Shown one piece after another: positions 24,868 through 41,510 of a stretch of DNA of 64,000 nucleotides. The notes beneath the pieces were generated by a model. That model was not told the DNA's origin and made no database searches. It was given only the letters and a program-made list of their open reading frames with translations. The DNA comes from Eledone cirrhosa (Eukaryota). Each line of letters begins with the position of its first letter. The stretch's first letter is position 1. The stretch spans positions 125,240,001-125,304,000 of the forward strand of contig OZ024742.1 in NCBI GenBank assembly GCA_964016885.1, read 5' to 3'. The position numbers and the translations under genes were made by a program.

Positions 24868-27679
24868 ACAGGGAGAAAAAGACGATATATATATATATAT
24901 ATGTGCGTGTGTGTGTGTGTGTGTATAGATGTGTCAGTGTGTGTGTTAGAAATGCATCTCTCAATTTCCATGACTTATAGATACTATCATAGGGACCAGC
25001 CGATGAATATTCCATACACACTTACACTCCTTGCACTCCCCAGTGTACGACAACACTGACTCATTAAATTACAGATTCAACCTATTCGACGGTTTTCAAA
25101 ACTGTTTCAACCTCCCTAATTTTACTCATAACTTCTGGGTCGACTCAAGTTATGATAAATGACAGCTTGTTAGTATGCCATTCATTGGGTCTGAACCATG
25201 AGACACATGATTGTAAAAGGAGTTTCCTAATTATTTGGGGATGATGCTTCATAATAGGAAGAATTGAATGGCAAAAGTGGAGAATAAATGAAACATGTTC
25301 TATTTGGTTCCATATAGTTGCCATAGGGTATTCTTCAAATATGACTTATGATTTTCATGTTAAAACATTTAATTAACCCATAATAGTTGAAAAATATATT
25401 TATTTGCTTTCAATTTTACAGAAGTACTTTTATTAAATATAATGTTAGTTGTATTGCCGGATTATGTATTAGCATGCAATCTCTTTAAATACGACCATTG
25501 GCTTTTGTTTTCTTAGGATAGGACTTGTAATAATGACATTACAGAATAAAATTACAATTCATTATTTTCACGAATGGAAATCAAACCAATATTACTTGAA
25601 TACGCAGAAACTTCTCAATATCGGACATAAATGTGTCCGGAAATTGAAGAAATAAACTCAAATGTAATCCACTGCTGTCCTCTCTTTATGATAATAGCCT
25701 CAAATTCTGTTTTCGACAAATTCAACGTCATCATGAAACGATTCATTGCTGATTTTTGTCAAATCTCAGGTAATTATTTATGCACTAAATGTACATTATA
25801 TTTGGTTATCTTTTATTTTAATTTGTAATGTTAAAACTCTTTAAATCTTTATTGCTATTTCCTTAGGGATTTTATTTCATTTTCAAAATATCATGTTTTA
25901 ATTGCCTCGATTCTGAAGGATGGCATAAAATTTCCTCTAAAAATTCTTCTACGATTCTTTTATCGTTGGTATATTTTCCAAACATTTTCCAGTTCTTTTT
26001 TTCTATTATTTAATTTATTTTACTAATTATTTATATTCGATTTCTGTCCTTTATCTCTATGTTTCGAATTCTAATGACGAAGTGTTGTGTATTAGCCGGA
26101 GGCACTTCACTTGCAGTGAAGTTGCAAAAGCTATTAGATTTGAGGTCTTGTTATATTTTACTGGAGTTAATCGTAGATCTCTATTGTTTGCTTGCTCTGA
26201 TATTCGTATTCTGAACACTCAGGGCTAATCAACAATCTCTCGAATTCTTGTCTCTTTCTTTTCACGTTCATTTCAAGTAAAACTAAATGTATTGGTTAGT
26301 TTCCTTTTTCTTTAGAGTTTGGAGGTCTTTTAAGATTTATCTCAATAATAAGACTCAGCATTTTGTTTCGAGGGAAGATTTGTTTCATTCCGTTCAGATT
26401 GACTGATAATTTCTTTCTTTTCTCAGAACTTTTCCTGGACACTTTTGATCTTTAAACGATTATTTGATTATTTGCATTATATTTGTTTTATCATATTTTG
26501 CCCCAGGTCAAAATGAATTCCAATGTTTTGCTTGGTAGAGGGAAATGATCCACAGCAGGTTTGTGTAACAGTAAAAGATTTTCTTTTTCCTGCACTATTG
26601 TATTTTAGTATTTCTATTATCATCAGCATCGTCATTGTCATGATCGACATCAATATCAACATGGATATAATTTACAATAACAACTTTCATCAAGTTACTG
26701 TTATCATTATAGTAAAGTCATTAAATATGTTAGAAGGATGAACTCTGTCAAGGATATATATATATATATATGCACGTGTGTGTGTGTGTGTGTACGTGTG
26801 TGTATACAAACATGGTGTGTGAAACTTGAATATTCAATTTATAGAGCGCTGAGGAAATAAATCTGTAGACGTACAATAGTCAAGTGCAGAAAATGATTGC
26901 AAATAAAGTCAGTTGTTATAGAATAACTTATAAAAATCAGGTAAAAACCTTTGGGACAGTGGCCACCACGAAGAATCCAATTCCGTTTTTATCAGATACT
27001 ACTCGAGCTAGTTGACCTCTGACAACAATTTACCGTCTAAATTAAGGAGATGAATCAAACAGCTTTTGCAAATGTAAGCAAATGTGGTATGTGAAGCTCG
27101 AAAATTCGAATGTGTTTATGTTTGTGTGTATCTGTGTCTTTCTGGCTGTATGTGCATTTACCTGTGTACATAGGTATATATTGAAACCTGTATTTGTCTG
27201 AATGTGTATGTATATTTGTTTAAACATAATTGCACGTGTGTATATTTTCACGCAGTGAATCTGTAGTGTATGATCGTTCGAGTTCAAATTGTTGTATAGT
27301 ACACTTTTGATATAAACTCAAACATGTGTACTATACGTTGTTATTACTGAATATTGCTCTACCTTCAACCATAAACTGCTCTTTGTTATTTCACATGGAA
27401 GACCTTTCAATAAATATTGTTGTTTTTGCCAGCCAGGTATCCCTTTTGGCAACCTTTCTGAATTAACAACATTTTTATAGCGTACAAGTGGTTCTTGCTG
27501 GTGGCAAACGAGATAAAGATCCCTTAATTATTTTAGTGGGGCTGGTAAGTTACTTTTTTCCAATGGTTTCTTGTTTTCCTATTTGAGATTGTGATTCAGG
27601 TAAACATTATCACCTCACCCAAAGAAAATTAATAATAATGTTGTCGTCCAAGATGTCGCGTCGAGGGAACTGACCTGCA

Positions 27680-27704
27680 CTGCTTCTGCTACTGCTGCTG
27701 CTGC

Positions 27705-27740
<36 letters not shown>
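27680..27740. repeat. (CTG)n-(TAG)n compound trinucleotide repeat
   Basis: Directly visible. Confidence 0.9.
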
Positions 27741-28146
27741 AGTGACATTTGTAGACAGTAGACAATGAGGCTGTGTTTTCCATACTTTTTCAGTAACTCT
27801 TATAAATCATTGTTTCGACAGTCCATTCAATGTGTTAAGTACAACTATATAAATAAATGAAGAAAACAAAAGTTTACTTATACAAATTGAAATGCCGCAA
27901 TGCATTCGGAATTTTTTCCGTATTAAGAATCGTAAGTGTTAAAAAAAGAAACCAGCTACTCAACGTTTGTTTTTAATATGAATACAAATTTATTGTAGAC
28001 AGAATAACAATTGAGATGAGCAAAGGATATATTAGTCAGTTTAAAGCTACTTAAACGAAAAAAATAACTAATATTCAAACTTATAAAATACAGGTGATAC
28101 AATTGAATATTGAGAAATAGAGCAACATAACAGTACACATACACAC

Positions 28147-28213
<67 letters not shown>

Positions 28214-28859
28214 TGTGAGTATGTCTCGGTGCATATTATGAATATGGGTGTGTGTTTTGATGTGAAATCTTGTTTTTAAACCAATATTGTTATATTTAGG
28301 ATGGTCATGTTGCCATTATTTACAATAAAAAAATATGCGCCTTGGCATTTTCACTTTTTCACACCATTTTCATAACTAGTTATTAACTAGTTAGTCAAAG
28401 TTCTTTCCTCACACAGATTGTTTGGCAGTATAGGAAACATGACCATCGCCAAATATAAAAGAAATATACTATGATTCATTTTGTTTTATTCATTCTTTCT
28501 GCTGTCCTACTTTCCTGTGAGTTGTTTACCAACTCGTCAAATTTCACCCACAATAATCTGCTAAAAAATTCCACAAAATCAAATCGAGAAGCAAATATGT
28601 TTGATAGTCACTTACGGATACTGAGACACATCCTTTGATATAGGGTTTGTCGTAATATAATGTGCACAATTATCCCAGCGAAATATTTTACATTTGGGAT
28701 AACCAGGATGGAGATTTAATCGCTGTCATTCGACATTCGGATGATTATAGAAATAAAGGATAGTTATTGCAGTGCATAAATGTTATAAATGATGTCAGTA
28801 TTCTTATTATTTATATTTCACTTTAAATTGGCCCCATTACTATATGGACGAATGTATAC

Positions 28860-30128
28860 TAAGTTGGCTAATGCCTGTCCACGGAGTTCGTATATAAAGC
28901 AGAAATGGAGGGAAAATTCTACACTAGACTGATTGAAAATGCATTTAAATCCCACTTTACCCAACACCTGTATACTTTAAATAACAGACGAGAGCAGTAT
29001 TCAACACCTCTGCCCAAAATATATTTCGCAGTTGAAAGACATCGGGATGACAAACTCTACCATCAAATGGAATATTTGGACAAAGGGGAGAGTCTACAGC
29101 AGACGAGGCATGAGATGCCACTTATGTAACGCCGAAAAACAAAATTTCGTAACCACATCAACTAACATATTGAACTCTCGGGAGGATACACTGCTCCACT
29201 GTTTACACACAACACAAATCTGCTTGTGTCACTTCAAAAATATCTACTAACTTGACAGTACACAGGGTCGCACACTACCCTATGGATTACTCACTAGATG
29301 ACGGTGTGTACAGGGTTGTGTAAATGTCGGAAGATACCCGAACCCATCCTCAGTACTCTAGACTCTATATCTCGGTAAGCCATGCAAGCCCCTAAACCTC
29401 ACTAACTGTGGGTAATCCAGCATCAAAAACAATCTGTTTCCTCTATTCCACCACTCTTATGCGTCCGTTCCTTTCAATAAATTTATTCTTGATCTCAATA
29501 TATATCAAATATAGTTATATATATATTTCAGAGTGTGGTGAGTAATTTTGCAACTTTTATAATTGTTTATGAATTTCTCTTTAATAATTGTTTAAAACGT
29601 CTTAACTAATTTTTAAAAAGAATTTCCTTCTATGTATTTTATTAGTATAAGTGTGTTTGTATGTGTACATATATTTTTATTTGATATATGTAAGCAGCTG
29701 CGTATTTGGATTTATGTGTATGCGTGTGTAGATATGTTTGTGTGTGTATGTATATATATATATATGTGTAATTGTAAACATATGTATATACGATCTACCA
29801 CTTTATTCTTTCATCCTACCAACCTTTTCACTAACCCCCTTCAGATTCATCACCTGACTCCCATTGACCACTTAACATTCTATGGTTATGCACACTACCA
29901 TCCGTTATCACTTCTTTCTTTCACACAGCTCTATCCTCACCCATTGCTAAACACCACACTGTCCATCCTATCTTATTTACCCTTTTCTCAATTAAATCCT
30001 ATTTCCCATCCACGAGGCTTCCTTTAATTGTACTGTCTTATATTTAAACGATAGTTCTTGCCTGATGACTTCGTGTAACAACAGGCGAAACTCCAGAGTA
30101 ACATGACTCACTATTTAGCCTTAATAAA

Positions 30129-30130
<2 letters not shown>
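28860..30130 (+). mobile_element. PLE (Naiad-like) GIY-YIG 3' fragment plus pseudo-LTR tail
   Basis: FVYKAEMEGKFY..FKSHFTQH, IKWNIWTKGRVY..CHLCNAEK..LNSRED..CLH; tail ends in an HHR motif followed by AATAAA. Confidence 0.75.
30053..30108 (+). ncRNA. Hammerhead motif (core intact, stems I/II degenerate)
   Basis: CTGATGA 30062-30068; GAAA 30087-30090; stem III CTC-CA-GAG; GUA triplet. Confidence 0.55.
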
Positions 30131-30163
<33 letters not shown>

Positions 30164-31509
30164 TTTGTGTATATGTTTGTGTTATATATGTATAATTATG
30201 TGTGTGTCTTATGTATTTATTTATGTGTTATATATGTATATATGAATGTGTCTGTCATGTATGTGCTTGTGTGTGTGTGTGTGGGGGGTGAGTATTGTAG
30301 TAACGAATGCATGGATAAGTCCTCCTTGCAGTTTCGAATGATCGCATCAAATGTTCTTATTATACTCGCGTGAGAAAGTTCGTACAGCTGTATTAACTCT
30401 TATATATGCTTAGTATCTTCCACTTCTTCGTGGTCTCTTTTACCCATACATAGTCTCCTTATTTCACTTCAACTGTCATCATTTTATAGTAAATTTCATA
30501 TTTCTTGTATTATCATAGACGGTCCCGTCACGAATAGATGCAAAAGGCAAATGACATTTTTTCAGGGATATTTCTAACAGTTTGAAAGGACGATTTGAGT
30601 GCAGTTTAGAAAATTAGAGAAATTCTAAAAACCTATACAATGTCTAATTCCTAAAAAATGTAGGTTCTTAAATATTTAATGTTCCTATTTCATGCTAATT
30701 GGACTTGAATATTATGTATCCTAAATAAGAGTGAGTGAGAGAAAGACAAAGACAGTGGACAAAAGAGGGAGAAACAAAGAGAAATGCATTTGTTAGATGT
30801 TATGAGATATTAGTCCCTCAGAAAATATAAGACGCCTTCCATTCATAAACATACGGCTTTTAGTTATTTGCTCCATTTAATTCAATAAGGATGAACAGTT
30901 TTTTACTCGTTGAATATTTTAAAGCTGAACATAAAACGTGCATGCTGACATTTGTATCTCACTAAAATTTGCTGAAGAACAATGTTACTGTGCATCAGTT
31001 ATTCGAATCTGAATAATTTTAAAATTGGTGTTTTCTCAGAAGATTCGGCTTAAATCCAATAACAGAATTGTAAATTATAGTGAGACAGCTATTATGGTGA
31101 GACAGCTATTATCTCTGACATGCAATGTTCATTTTCATATTCTATCTGAAACACATTTTTGATGACCACGAATCAGCAATTACAACGGACATCTGAGGAT
31201 ATGGATATTAATCCAATTGATATTTAATATATACGTAAATAAGACCGTTATTGCACCAATCTATCCACAAATCACTGAGGAAACACCCTAAGCCCAACAC
31301 TCATGATTCCTGCAAAACCAACTCCAGATTCTCCTTCAAAATAAGACAAACTGAATTCGAAACGTTATGTTAGATAATCACCTATAAAGGGCCGAATCAT
31401 CTACATAATTTATTATATCTGAATGTAGGATTTTTAATCAGGATTGTAGAGAACAAAACTGCCGTTAGGATAACATAATTCTCATAGATCCCCAACTCTC
31501 TCTATACAT

Positions 31510-31579
<70 letters not shown>

Positions 31580-31711
31580 CGAAGGAAATGTGGTAAGGAA
31601 CCAGGTGGACCATAACGCACCAAAGTACTCAATACTTGAGGTAGTAGAGTGGGTAATAGTCCAGAATTAGCCGTCGAAACGGCTTGAGCTCAGCTGTCGG
31701 GGTCTTACTGG

Positions 31712-31772
<61 letters not shown>

Positions 31773-31929
31773 TAATAAAATAATGAATAAACTAAGAAAC
31801 AGTTCCTTATATTAAAAAAAATTCATCATTTTACGATCGTTTCTAGGATATATATGTGTTAGAGTTGGTATGCGTATTCTATAGATCTACGTACAATATT
31901 TATCTATATATATATATATATATATATTA

Positions 31930-31969
<40 letters not shown>

Positions 31970-32242
31970 CACCCTCCCATCCCCTCTGGCTTTCGGCTGA
32001 CTACCACAGTAGCGATGGGTAGCAGTAAACTTTGGCAAGGCATAGGTGGGCCACTGACAGCGAATTTCGTTGAAATCTGCGGTGCTAATGGTCAACTTCC
32101 TTCGGACATGCGCTTGCGCAGACCGGTGGGGGTGAATTGGTACTCACAAGGGAACGGATGAAAAACCCAAAAGCACGAACTTCATCCGTTCCCATGTCGA
32201 TTCAATTTGGATTGCCTCGGAAACAACCTTATTATGTAACAA

Positions 32243-32316
32243 GCTGTCTGATGATGTCACGACACTCGCACACAGAACAGTGTAGCCAGTGTCGTCATTG
32301 AAATATATATCACAGC
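32243..32316 (+). ncRNA. Minimal type I hammerhead ribozyme
   Basis: GCTGT-CTGATGA-..ACGACACT..AGTGTCGT..-GAAA-TATATA-TC|ACAGC; perfect 5-bp stem I and self-complementary TATATA in place of stem III. Confidence 0.7.
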
Positions 32317-32541
32317 ATTATTATTAAAGGACTTGAACATCTGAAACTACTTCGCTTTTACTTATTCGATATTCTATATATATATATGTATATATTGTGA
32401 ATATATATATATATATAATATATATACATATATATATATATATAAATGAAGTATTTCCGTCGGAAAGGTACAGGAAAAAAGAGTGCTCTATGTAGGTTAC
32501 AGAGCTTATTAGTTATGTAATAAACAACATAAGATAATTAT

Positions 32542-32602
32542 TTCATTTACCAGTTGTTTCTTGAAGGCAGATGTTATTTCTGTCTTCAGTCGTCAGAATG
32601 AA
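32542..32602 (-). ncRNA. Type I hammerhead in inverted pseudo-LTR
   Basis: Minus strand TTCATT-CTGACGA-CTGAAGACAGA..TCTGCCTTCAA-GAAA-CAACTGG-TA|AATGAA. Confidence 0.7.
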
Positions 32603-32819
32603 TAAATAATATGGTGTGTTTTTTTATTAAATATGGATTTGAGAACAAAATTTAGGAAATATGAAAGTGAGGCTGAAAAAACGGGCAGAAAGGAATTAGG
32701 GGAAAAAAATATATAAATAAATATCCAGAACATAAACATACACACACTCATCCATGCGCATATACCTCATAGTACGTAGATATATACTTTCTCACATAAG
32801 CGTATTTGCGTCTACATAG

Positions 32820-33800
32820 AAAATTCCACGACCCTCTAGACAAACATTTTCCCAAACATCATAGATATAATAAGATATTCAATAGAAATGTAGTTAAAAT
32901 CAGCTACTCTTGCTGCCCATTAAGGAAAACTAAAATGACCAACTCTAATGGTACTAGAGTTAATCCAGGATGCAGTTGCAGGAAGCCGGAAGAATGCCCA
33001 TTACAGGGTAAATGTAATACCAATTCTATTGTGTATGAGGCCAAATTGACACCAATGATTAATAACCATCCAGCTAGGAGTGAACGATATGTTGGCATGA
33101 CTCAGGACAGATTTAAAACCAGGTACTATGCACACGTCGCTTTTTTCAAACACCCTGAAAAAAGAATAGCAACGGCGCTGGCAAATAAAGTGTGGGAGTT
33201 AAAGACAAAGACATTCCGTACACTACTGATTGGTCTATTTTAGACCATTCAAGAGAATACCAAAGGGGCTCAAAGAAATGTTCTTTGTGTACAACGGAAA
33301 AATTCAGAATTCTCCAAAACTTGAAAACCCCTCCCACTTGTCTCAACTGTAAGACCGAGATCTTTAGATGTTGTCCGCACCTTAAATCCCATCTACTTTT
33401 TAACTGGATCAACACACCAACGATTACTCAACCACCTTGAGCTTCTTCTTTACTTATCACGCCTTCCACTCACTACCATTATCATCACCTTATGAACACT
33501 TACTTTCTACCAATATATACTTTTTCTCCCTCATCTTTTTCTATATATTTTTTATTTTTTTCATTTGACTTATAAATCCCCCCCCCCTATTTTCTACCAT
33601 ACCTTTAACACATACACACCCACCACCTTCATCCTTTACCTAGATCCTTTTTTAACTATATACCCTTATCCAGATCTCATCATAAAGACTCACTATCTAC
33701 TACAACTGTTACACCCCTTTTCTCCCTTACCTGTTCATATATAATGTTTATATTATTTGATCTCAGTTTTACTCCCCCATTGTTCTTACTTACCCACTAA
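32820..33800 (+). mobile_element. PLE (Naiad-like) GIY-YIG 3' fragment and tail, with inverted pseudo-LTR upstream (~32500-32790)
   Basis: LDKHFPKHHRYNKIFNRN, CSCRKPEECPLQGKC, IVYEAKL..YVGMTQDRFKTRYYAH, CSLCTTEK, CCPH; one frameshift. Confidence 0.9.
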
Positions 33801-34262
33801 GTTTGTTAAGTGTACTCACATAAGGTTGTATGTGGGCGCATTTGCAGACAAGCTTATGTGTACATACATTTATACGTGTGTTTATATGTTATGTGTGTGT
33901 GTGTGTGTATCTGTGTTCCTTATACGTGTATATCTTTATATATGTGTATGTATATATATATGTGTATATATATATGTGTGTGTGTATGCGTATATATAAG
34001 CATAGAGATATTTAATATGTCGGTTATTCAACAAATATATAATTGTATATCTGATTTGAAGCACTCGACAAGCCTTCTGGAGTATATTATCATTTTTTCA
34101 TTTTTTATTTTTTGGTACCCACCTTTTCATACTCCCACCTGCGAACGTGTGTGTATGTATAGTTTGTCTTTCTATATGTTTATGCACACACACACACACA
34201 CAAACACACGTACGTGTATGTATGCATGCATAGGTGTGCGTGTGTGTATTTATATATATATA

Positions 34263-34348
<86 letters not shown>

Positions 34349-34449
34349 GTAGTAAGAATATTTATATTTATATATGTTTGATACACCTATAAATATGAGC
34401 TGAGATACAAAGTGTTAAAACGATCAAACTTTAGCTTAGAAGATTTATT

Positions 34450-34496
34450 TGCTGACAATTGTTTCTTCCAGGGGGAAGTCTGGTTTCATCGGAGCA
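34450..34496 (-). ncRNA. Hammerhead, CCGATGA core variant, in a solo pseudo-LTR (~34390-34930)
   Basis: Minus strand TGCT-CCGATGA-AACCAG..CTGGAA-GAAA-CAATTG-TC|AGCA followed by AATAAA. Confidence 0.65.
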
Positions 34497-34996
34497 TAGG
34501 GAATGTCGAAACATGTAACTAAAATCCTAGTCATTTAGAACATTTAGGGTACATAATTGTTTTTAGTGTCAAAGGCATCATTAAGAGAGTCAGGAGTTAA
34601 AAAGATGTCCTGCTTGAAAGAACAAATTACAGGTAGCACTGGTTGAAACTGTAACATGTATAAGCGAAAAGCACAAGCAAACATTACAGGCAAAAAAGTT
34701 ATAAGCAAGGAATTTGGTGTACGATGGAGGAGTCAATACAGTCAATATGGCATGTATGAGGAAAGAATTATAATGCATTTGAAATAAACGTATTTTGTGT
34801 GGGGTGTTAAAACATGTTATAATTGTTATAAATGTTTAAGATAGTGAGCAGTTTGTTAGAGCGGCATGTGGTGATAATGTAGGTATTTGTTACGTAAGGT
34901 GTAATGCAAAGCACGTGATAGAGTTGGATATGTGATGGTCATACAAGTGTTTTTGTGTTGTAGTTCGTATGTATGTGTATATCTTGTTTGTAACAC

Positions 34997-35102
<106 letters not shown>

Positions 35103-35285
35103 ATATATGTTTTTGTATATATGTGTGTATGGATTTACGTATATGTTTATATGTATGCGTATGTTGATTTTTTATTGCGTGCGTGTGTGCGCGTATGTAC
35201 GTGGGTTTTTTACATTTGAGTTTCATCTATCTATTATATTGTAGGTTTTTGTATGTATATGTATGTGGATGCATGTGTAGATATA

Positions 35286-37740
<2,455 letters not shown>

Positions 37741-38204
37741 GTTGGGATTGATACCAGTGAGCTGGGACTTCTACTTAAGCTTACCATGATTAGGATTTTA
37801 GTTACATGTTTCGACATTCCCTATATATATGTGTATGCATATTTATTTTTATATATATACATACATGTGTGTGTGTGTTTATGTTTTTATACTTATATAT
37901 ACATGTATATGTGTGTATATATATATATGTATTACGTATATGCGTGGGGTTGAGTGTGTGTATGTTTATGTTCTGGATATTTATTTATATATATTTTTCC
38001 CCTATTTTCTTTTTGCCCGATCTTTCAGCCTCACTTTCATATCACCTAAATTTTGTTTTCAAATCCATAATTAATAAAAACACCATGTCATTTATTCATT
38101 CTCACGACATAACATCTGCCTTCAAGAAATCATGAAATAATTATCTTATGTTGTTTATTACATAACTAAATATAAGATAATTATTTCATTTATATATATA
38201 TATA

Positions 38205-38540
38205 TAAATAGTGAAGAAACATAAGTCAATTGCATGAACTCATAATCCTTTATTTAGTTCTATATATATTTCGATGATAGTCATTGAATGGCTATGACCT
38301 CATCAGGCAGTTAGTCAGTTCTTAGATATGCCAGCTCTGTGTTTATAGTGTTGATGGTATCAGAGCCTTGGGACATATGCTCTGATACCATCAACACTAT
38401 AAACACAGAGCTGGCATATCTAAGAACTGACTAACTGCCTGATGAGGTCATAGCCATTCAATGACTATCATCGAAATATATATAGCAATAAATAAAGCAT
38501 TATGAGTTCATGCAATTGACTTATGTTTCGTCCCTATTAT
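38205..38540. mobile_element. ORF-less palindromic pseudo-LTR element (~150-bp arms, 12-nt loop) with hammerheads on both strands
   Basis: Arms 38216-38366 and 38379-38529. Plus HHR TGC-CTGATGA-GGTCATAGCCAT..ATGACTATCATC-GAAA-TATATA-TA|GCA at 38436-38487; mirror copy at 38258-38309. Confidence 0.8.
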
Positions 38541-38622
38541 AACTCCGGAACTTATATCTTCGTTGAGTGCTCCCTTTCCGCATACTGAAGTACTGGATTT
38601 TACCAACACTTACTTTCTTGCT

Positions 38623-38703
<81 letters not shown>

Positions 38704-38705
<2 letters not shown>

Positions 38706-39180
38706 CAAATAGTAAAAAGGAAAAAATAAAGTAGAAAATGCTGCAGGGATATTTTTCAGTATAACATCAAAGCATTTATTTATAAAGTAGATATTTATGC
38801 ATTTAATCGTGGTACTGGTTTCACCATTATATGCTTTTTACATTGCGAAAGGGCAAGATGGAGTTAAATTGCATATATATATGAATAATAATAAAATGGA
38901 GAAAATAATTATTAGTTTTTACATACATACTAAGACATGAACTTTGCTCTGTAAATATGTATGTAAAAACTATTAGCTTTTCTTCTCTATTTTATTATTA
39001 TTTGTATAAATATTCAAATTAACTGCACTTTTCACTTCCACCGATCAAAAAGCATATAATGCTGAAACCGGTACCTCGATTAAATACGGAAATATCCACT
39101 TTATAAATAAAAGTTTTGATATCATACTGAAATAATCGGTCCAGCATCTTCTATTGTATTTTCTCCTTTTTACTATTGTT
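38704..39180. repeat. Older diverged palindrome (~230-bp arms), probable pseudo-LTR fold-back
   Basis: AACAAATAGTAAAAAGG.. mirrors ..CCTTTTTACTATTGTT; decayed HHR-like CCGATCA..AGCAT-ATA-ATGCT-GAAA-CCGG-TA at ~39041-39075. Confidence 0.7.
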
Positions 39181-39238
39181 TATATATATCAATCGTGTGT
39201 CACTTTTCTACACTCTCTCTCTCTCTCTCTCTCTCTCT

Positions 39239-39313
<75 letters not shown>

Positions 39314-39679
39314 TGTGTGAGTATGTGTGTGAATGTAAATGTAATGAGTGACTCTGGTGCGAGGACAGAGAGGACCATCAATCAGAGTAGTAGATCGGGG
39401 AAAATTTGGTATATTGTTTTGGTATATTGATTCCTTGATGGAATTGCGAATGACTATTTCAAATCTTGGAGTTATTTTCATTGGACCTTGAAATATTAGG
39501 TAGCACTTATGTTCCGTGTATAAACATAAAAAAATAACATAACATATACATATATATACATAAGCCCTCCTTCGGTCTGTGATGGTCATGGGTTGTATCC
39601 CAGTTGCTGCCTGCTCGGATCTGGCAGCCTCTACAGTGACTAAACAGACTTTTGCATGAATAAGATTGTGTGAGTATTT

Positions 39680-40650
39680 TTAATAAAGTATTATTATAAA
39701 AAAGGCCCTCAAAAACAGTGGCTTCACCGAACAAATCAAATATTTACCTACTCCTCGTTCTAACACTAAACACCTAAACAGGAAAAGAAAAATTATATGG
39801 TTTACACCTCCTTTCTCTCTAACAGTTAAAACTAACGTAGTAAAAATATTCCTCGAACTCCTAGACAAATATTTTCCCAAACATCATAGATATAATAAGA
39901 TATTTAATAGAAATTTAGTTAAAATCAGCTATTCCTGCTGCCCATCAATGAAAACCAAAATCACCAACTCAAATGTAACTAGAGGAAACCCAGGATGCAG
40001 CTGCAACAAACCTGAAGAATGCCCATTTAAGGGCAAATGTAATACAAAATCTATTGTATATGAAGTGAGTTGAAACCTATCATAAATAACCAGCTAGCCG
40101 GAAGTGAGCCATATGTTGGCATGGCACAGAACAAATTTAAAGCCAAGTATTATGCACACGTCGCTTCTTTCAAACACCCTGAAAAAAGAACGTCAACGGC
40201 GCTGGAAAATAAAGTGTGGGAGTTTAAAGACAGAAACATTTCATACTCTATTGATTGGTCAATTTTAGACCTCTCAAACGAATACCAAAGGGGCACAAAG
40301 AAATGTTCTTTGTGTATAACGGACAAATTTAGAATTCTTCAAAATCTGATAACCCCTTCAAAATCTGAAAACCACCTTGAGCTTCCTCTTTACATTTAAC
40401 CCTTCCACTCACTACCAATATCACCACTTTACGAACACCACATAAACACGTACTTTCTACCAATATATACATTTTTCTCCATCATGTTTATTAATTTATT
40501 TCATTTGCCATACTTTTAACACATACACACCCACCACCTTCATTCTGTCCTCTTATTATAACCCACCCACCGCCCTTTTAACCAGCTCACTTTCTAACCA
40601 TATACATTTATCTATTTACAAACATTTACTTTCCACCTCACCTGTTCATT
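39680..40650 (+). mobile_element. PLE (Naiad-like) 3' fragment, same family as 32820 and 51560
   Basis: RKRKIIWFTPPFSLTVKTNV..LLDKYFPKHHRYNKIFNRN, CSC..CPFKGKC, YVGMAQNKFKAKYYAH, CSLC; tail continues, with interruptions, to a pseudo-LTR end at ~42290-42520. Confidence 0.88.
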
Positions 40651-40664
40651 TTATGTTATATTAT

Positions 40665-40756
40665 TTTGCCTTTCATCCTTACGGGGTCGATAAAATAAAG
40701 TACCAGTAATACACTGGATAATTGCTGGCCTTGTGCCAAAAGTAGAAACAATTATT
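40665..40756 (+). mobile_element. Nin/Deu SINE 3' half inserted in the PLE tail
   Basis: TTTGCCTTTCATCCTTACGGGGTCGATAAAATAAAGTACCAG..GTAGAAACAATTATT. Confidence 0.85.
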
Positions 40757-40933
40757 TTAGTTATACTCCCCCATGTCCTTACACACCCACCATGTTTTAA
40801 GTATATATTCGTTTTTTTGTCATTTTTATAATTGAGTGTTTCCTCACTTAGTTCCATTATATTGTTTGTCTTAAGTATGTCTATAACTATACATATGTAT
40901 GTATGCATGCGTATACGAGTGTGTACGCATGGA

Positions 40934-40976
<43 letters not shown>

Positions 40977-41164
40977 TTATGTGCATGTGTGTGCGTCTAT
41001 GTGTGTGTGGTTGCATGTACGTGTGTGTGTGTACGTGTGTTATGTCCTCTCCTTTATATTGTATGTATGCTTATATGTGTGTGCGTTTTTCTGTATATTT
41101 ACGAGTACTTTTACGTGTGCATACATATGTGTATATATGTGTATGCATCTGTCTGTCTCTCTCA

Positions 41165-41207
<43 letters not shown>

Positions 41208-41272
41208 ATTATGTATATATGTGTGGGTATATGTGTGTGTATATATATGTGTCTATACATATATACATATGT

Positions 41273-41362
<90 letters not shown>

Positions 41363-41388
41363 GTGTGTGTGTGTGTATATGTGTATAT

Positions 41389-41441
<53 letters not shown>

Positions 41442-41510
41442 GTGTGTGTGTATACGTTTATGTGTGTGTGTATATATATATATATATACGTATGTTTGTA
41501 TATATATATA

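Noticed and set aside
25170-25235. Possible remnant of a second tRNA-derived SINE family (similar traces near 17740 and 26950)
   Set aside because: Only short, diverged resemblance; boundaries cannot be supported.
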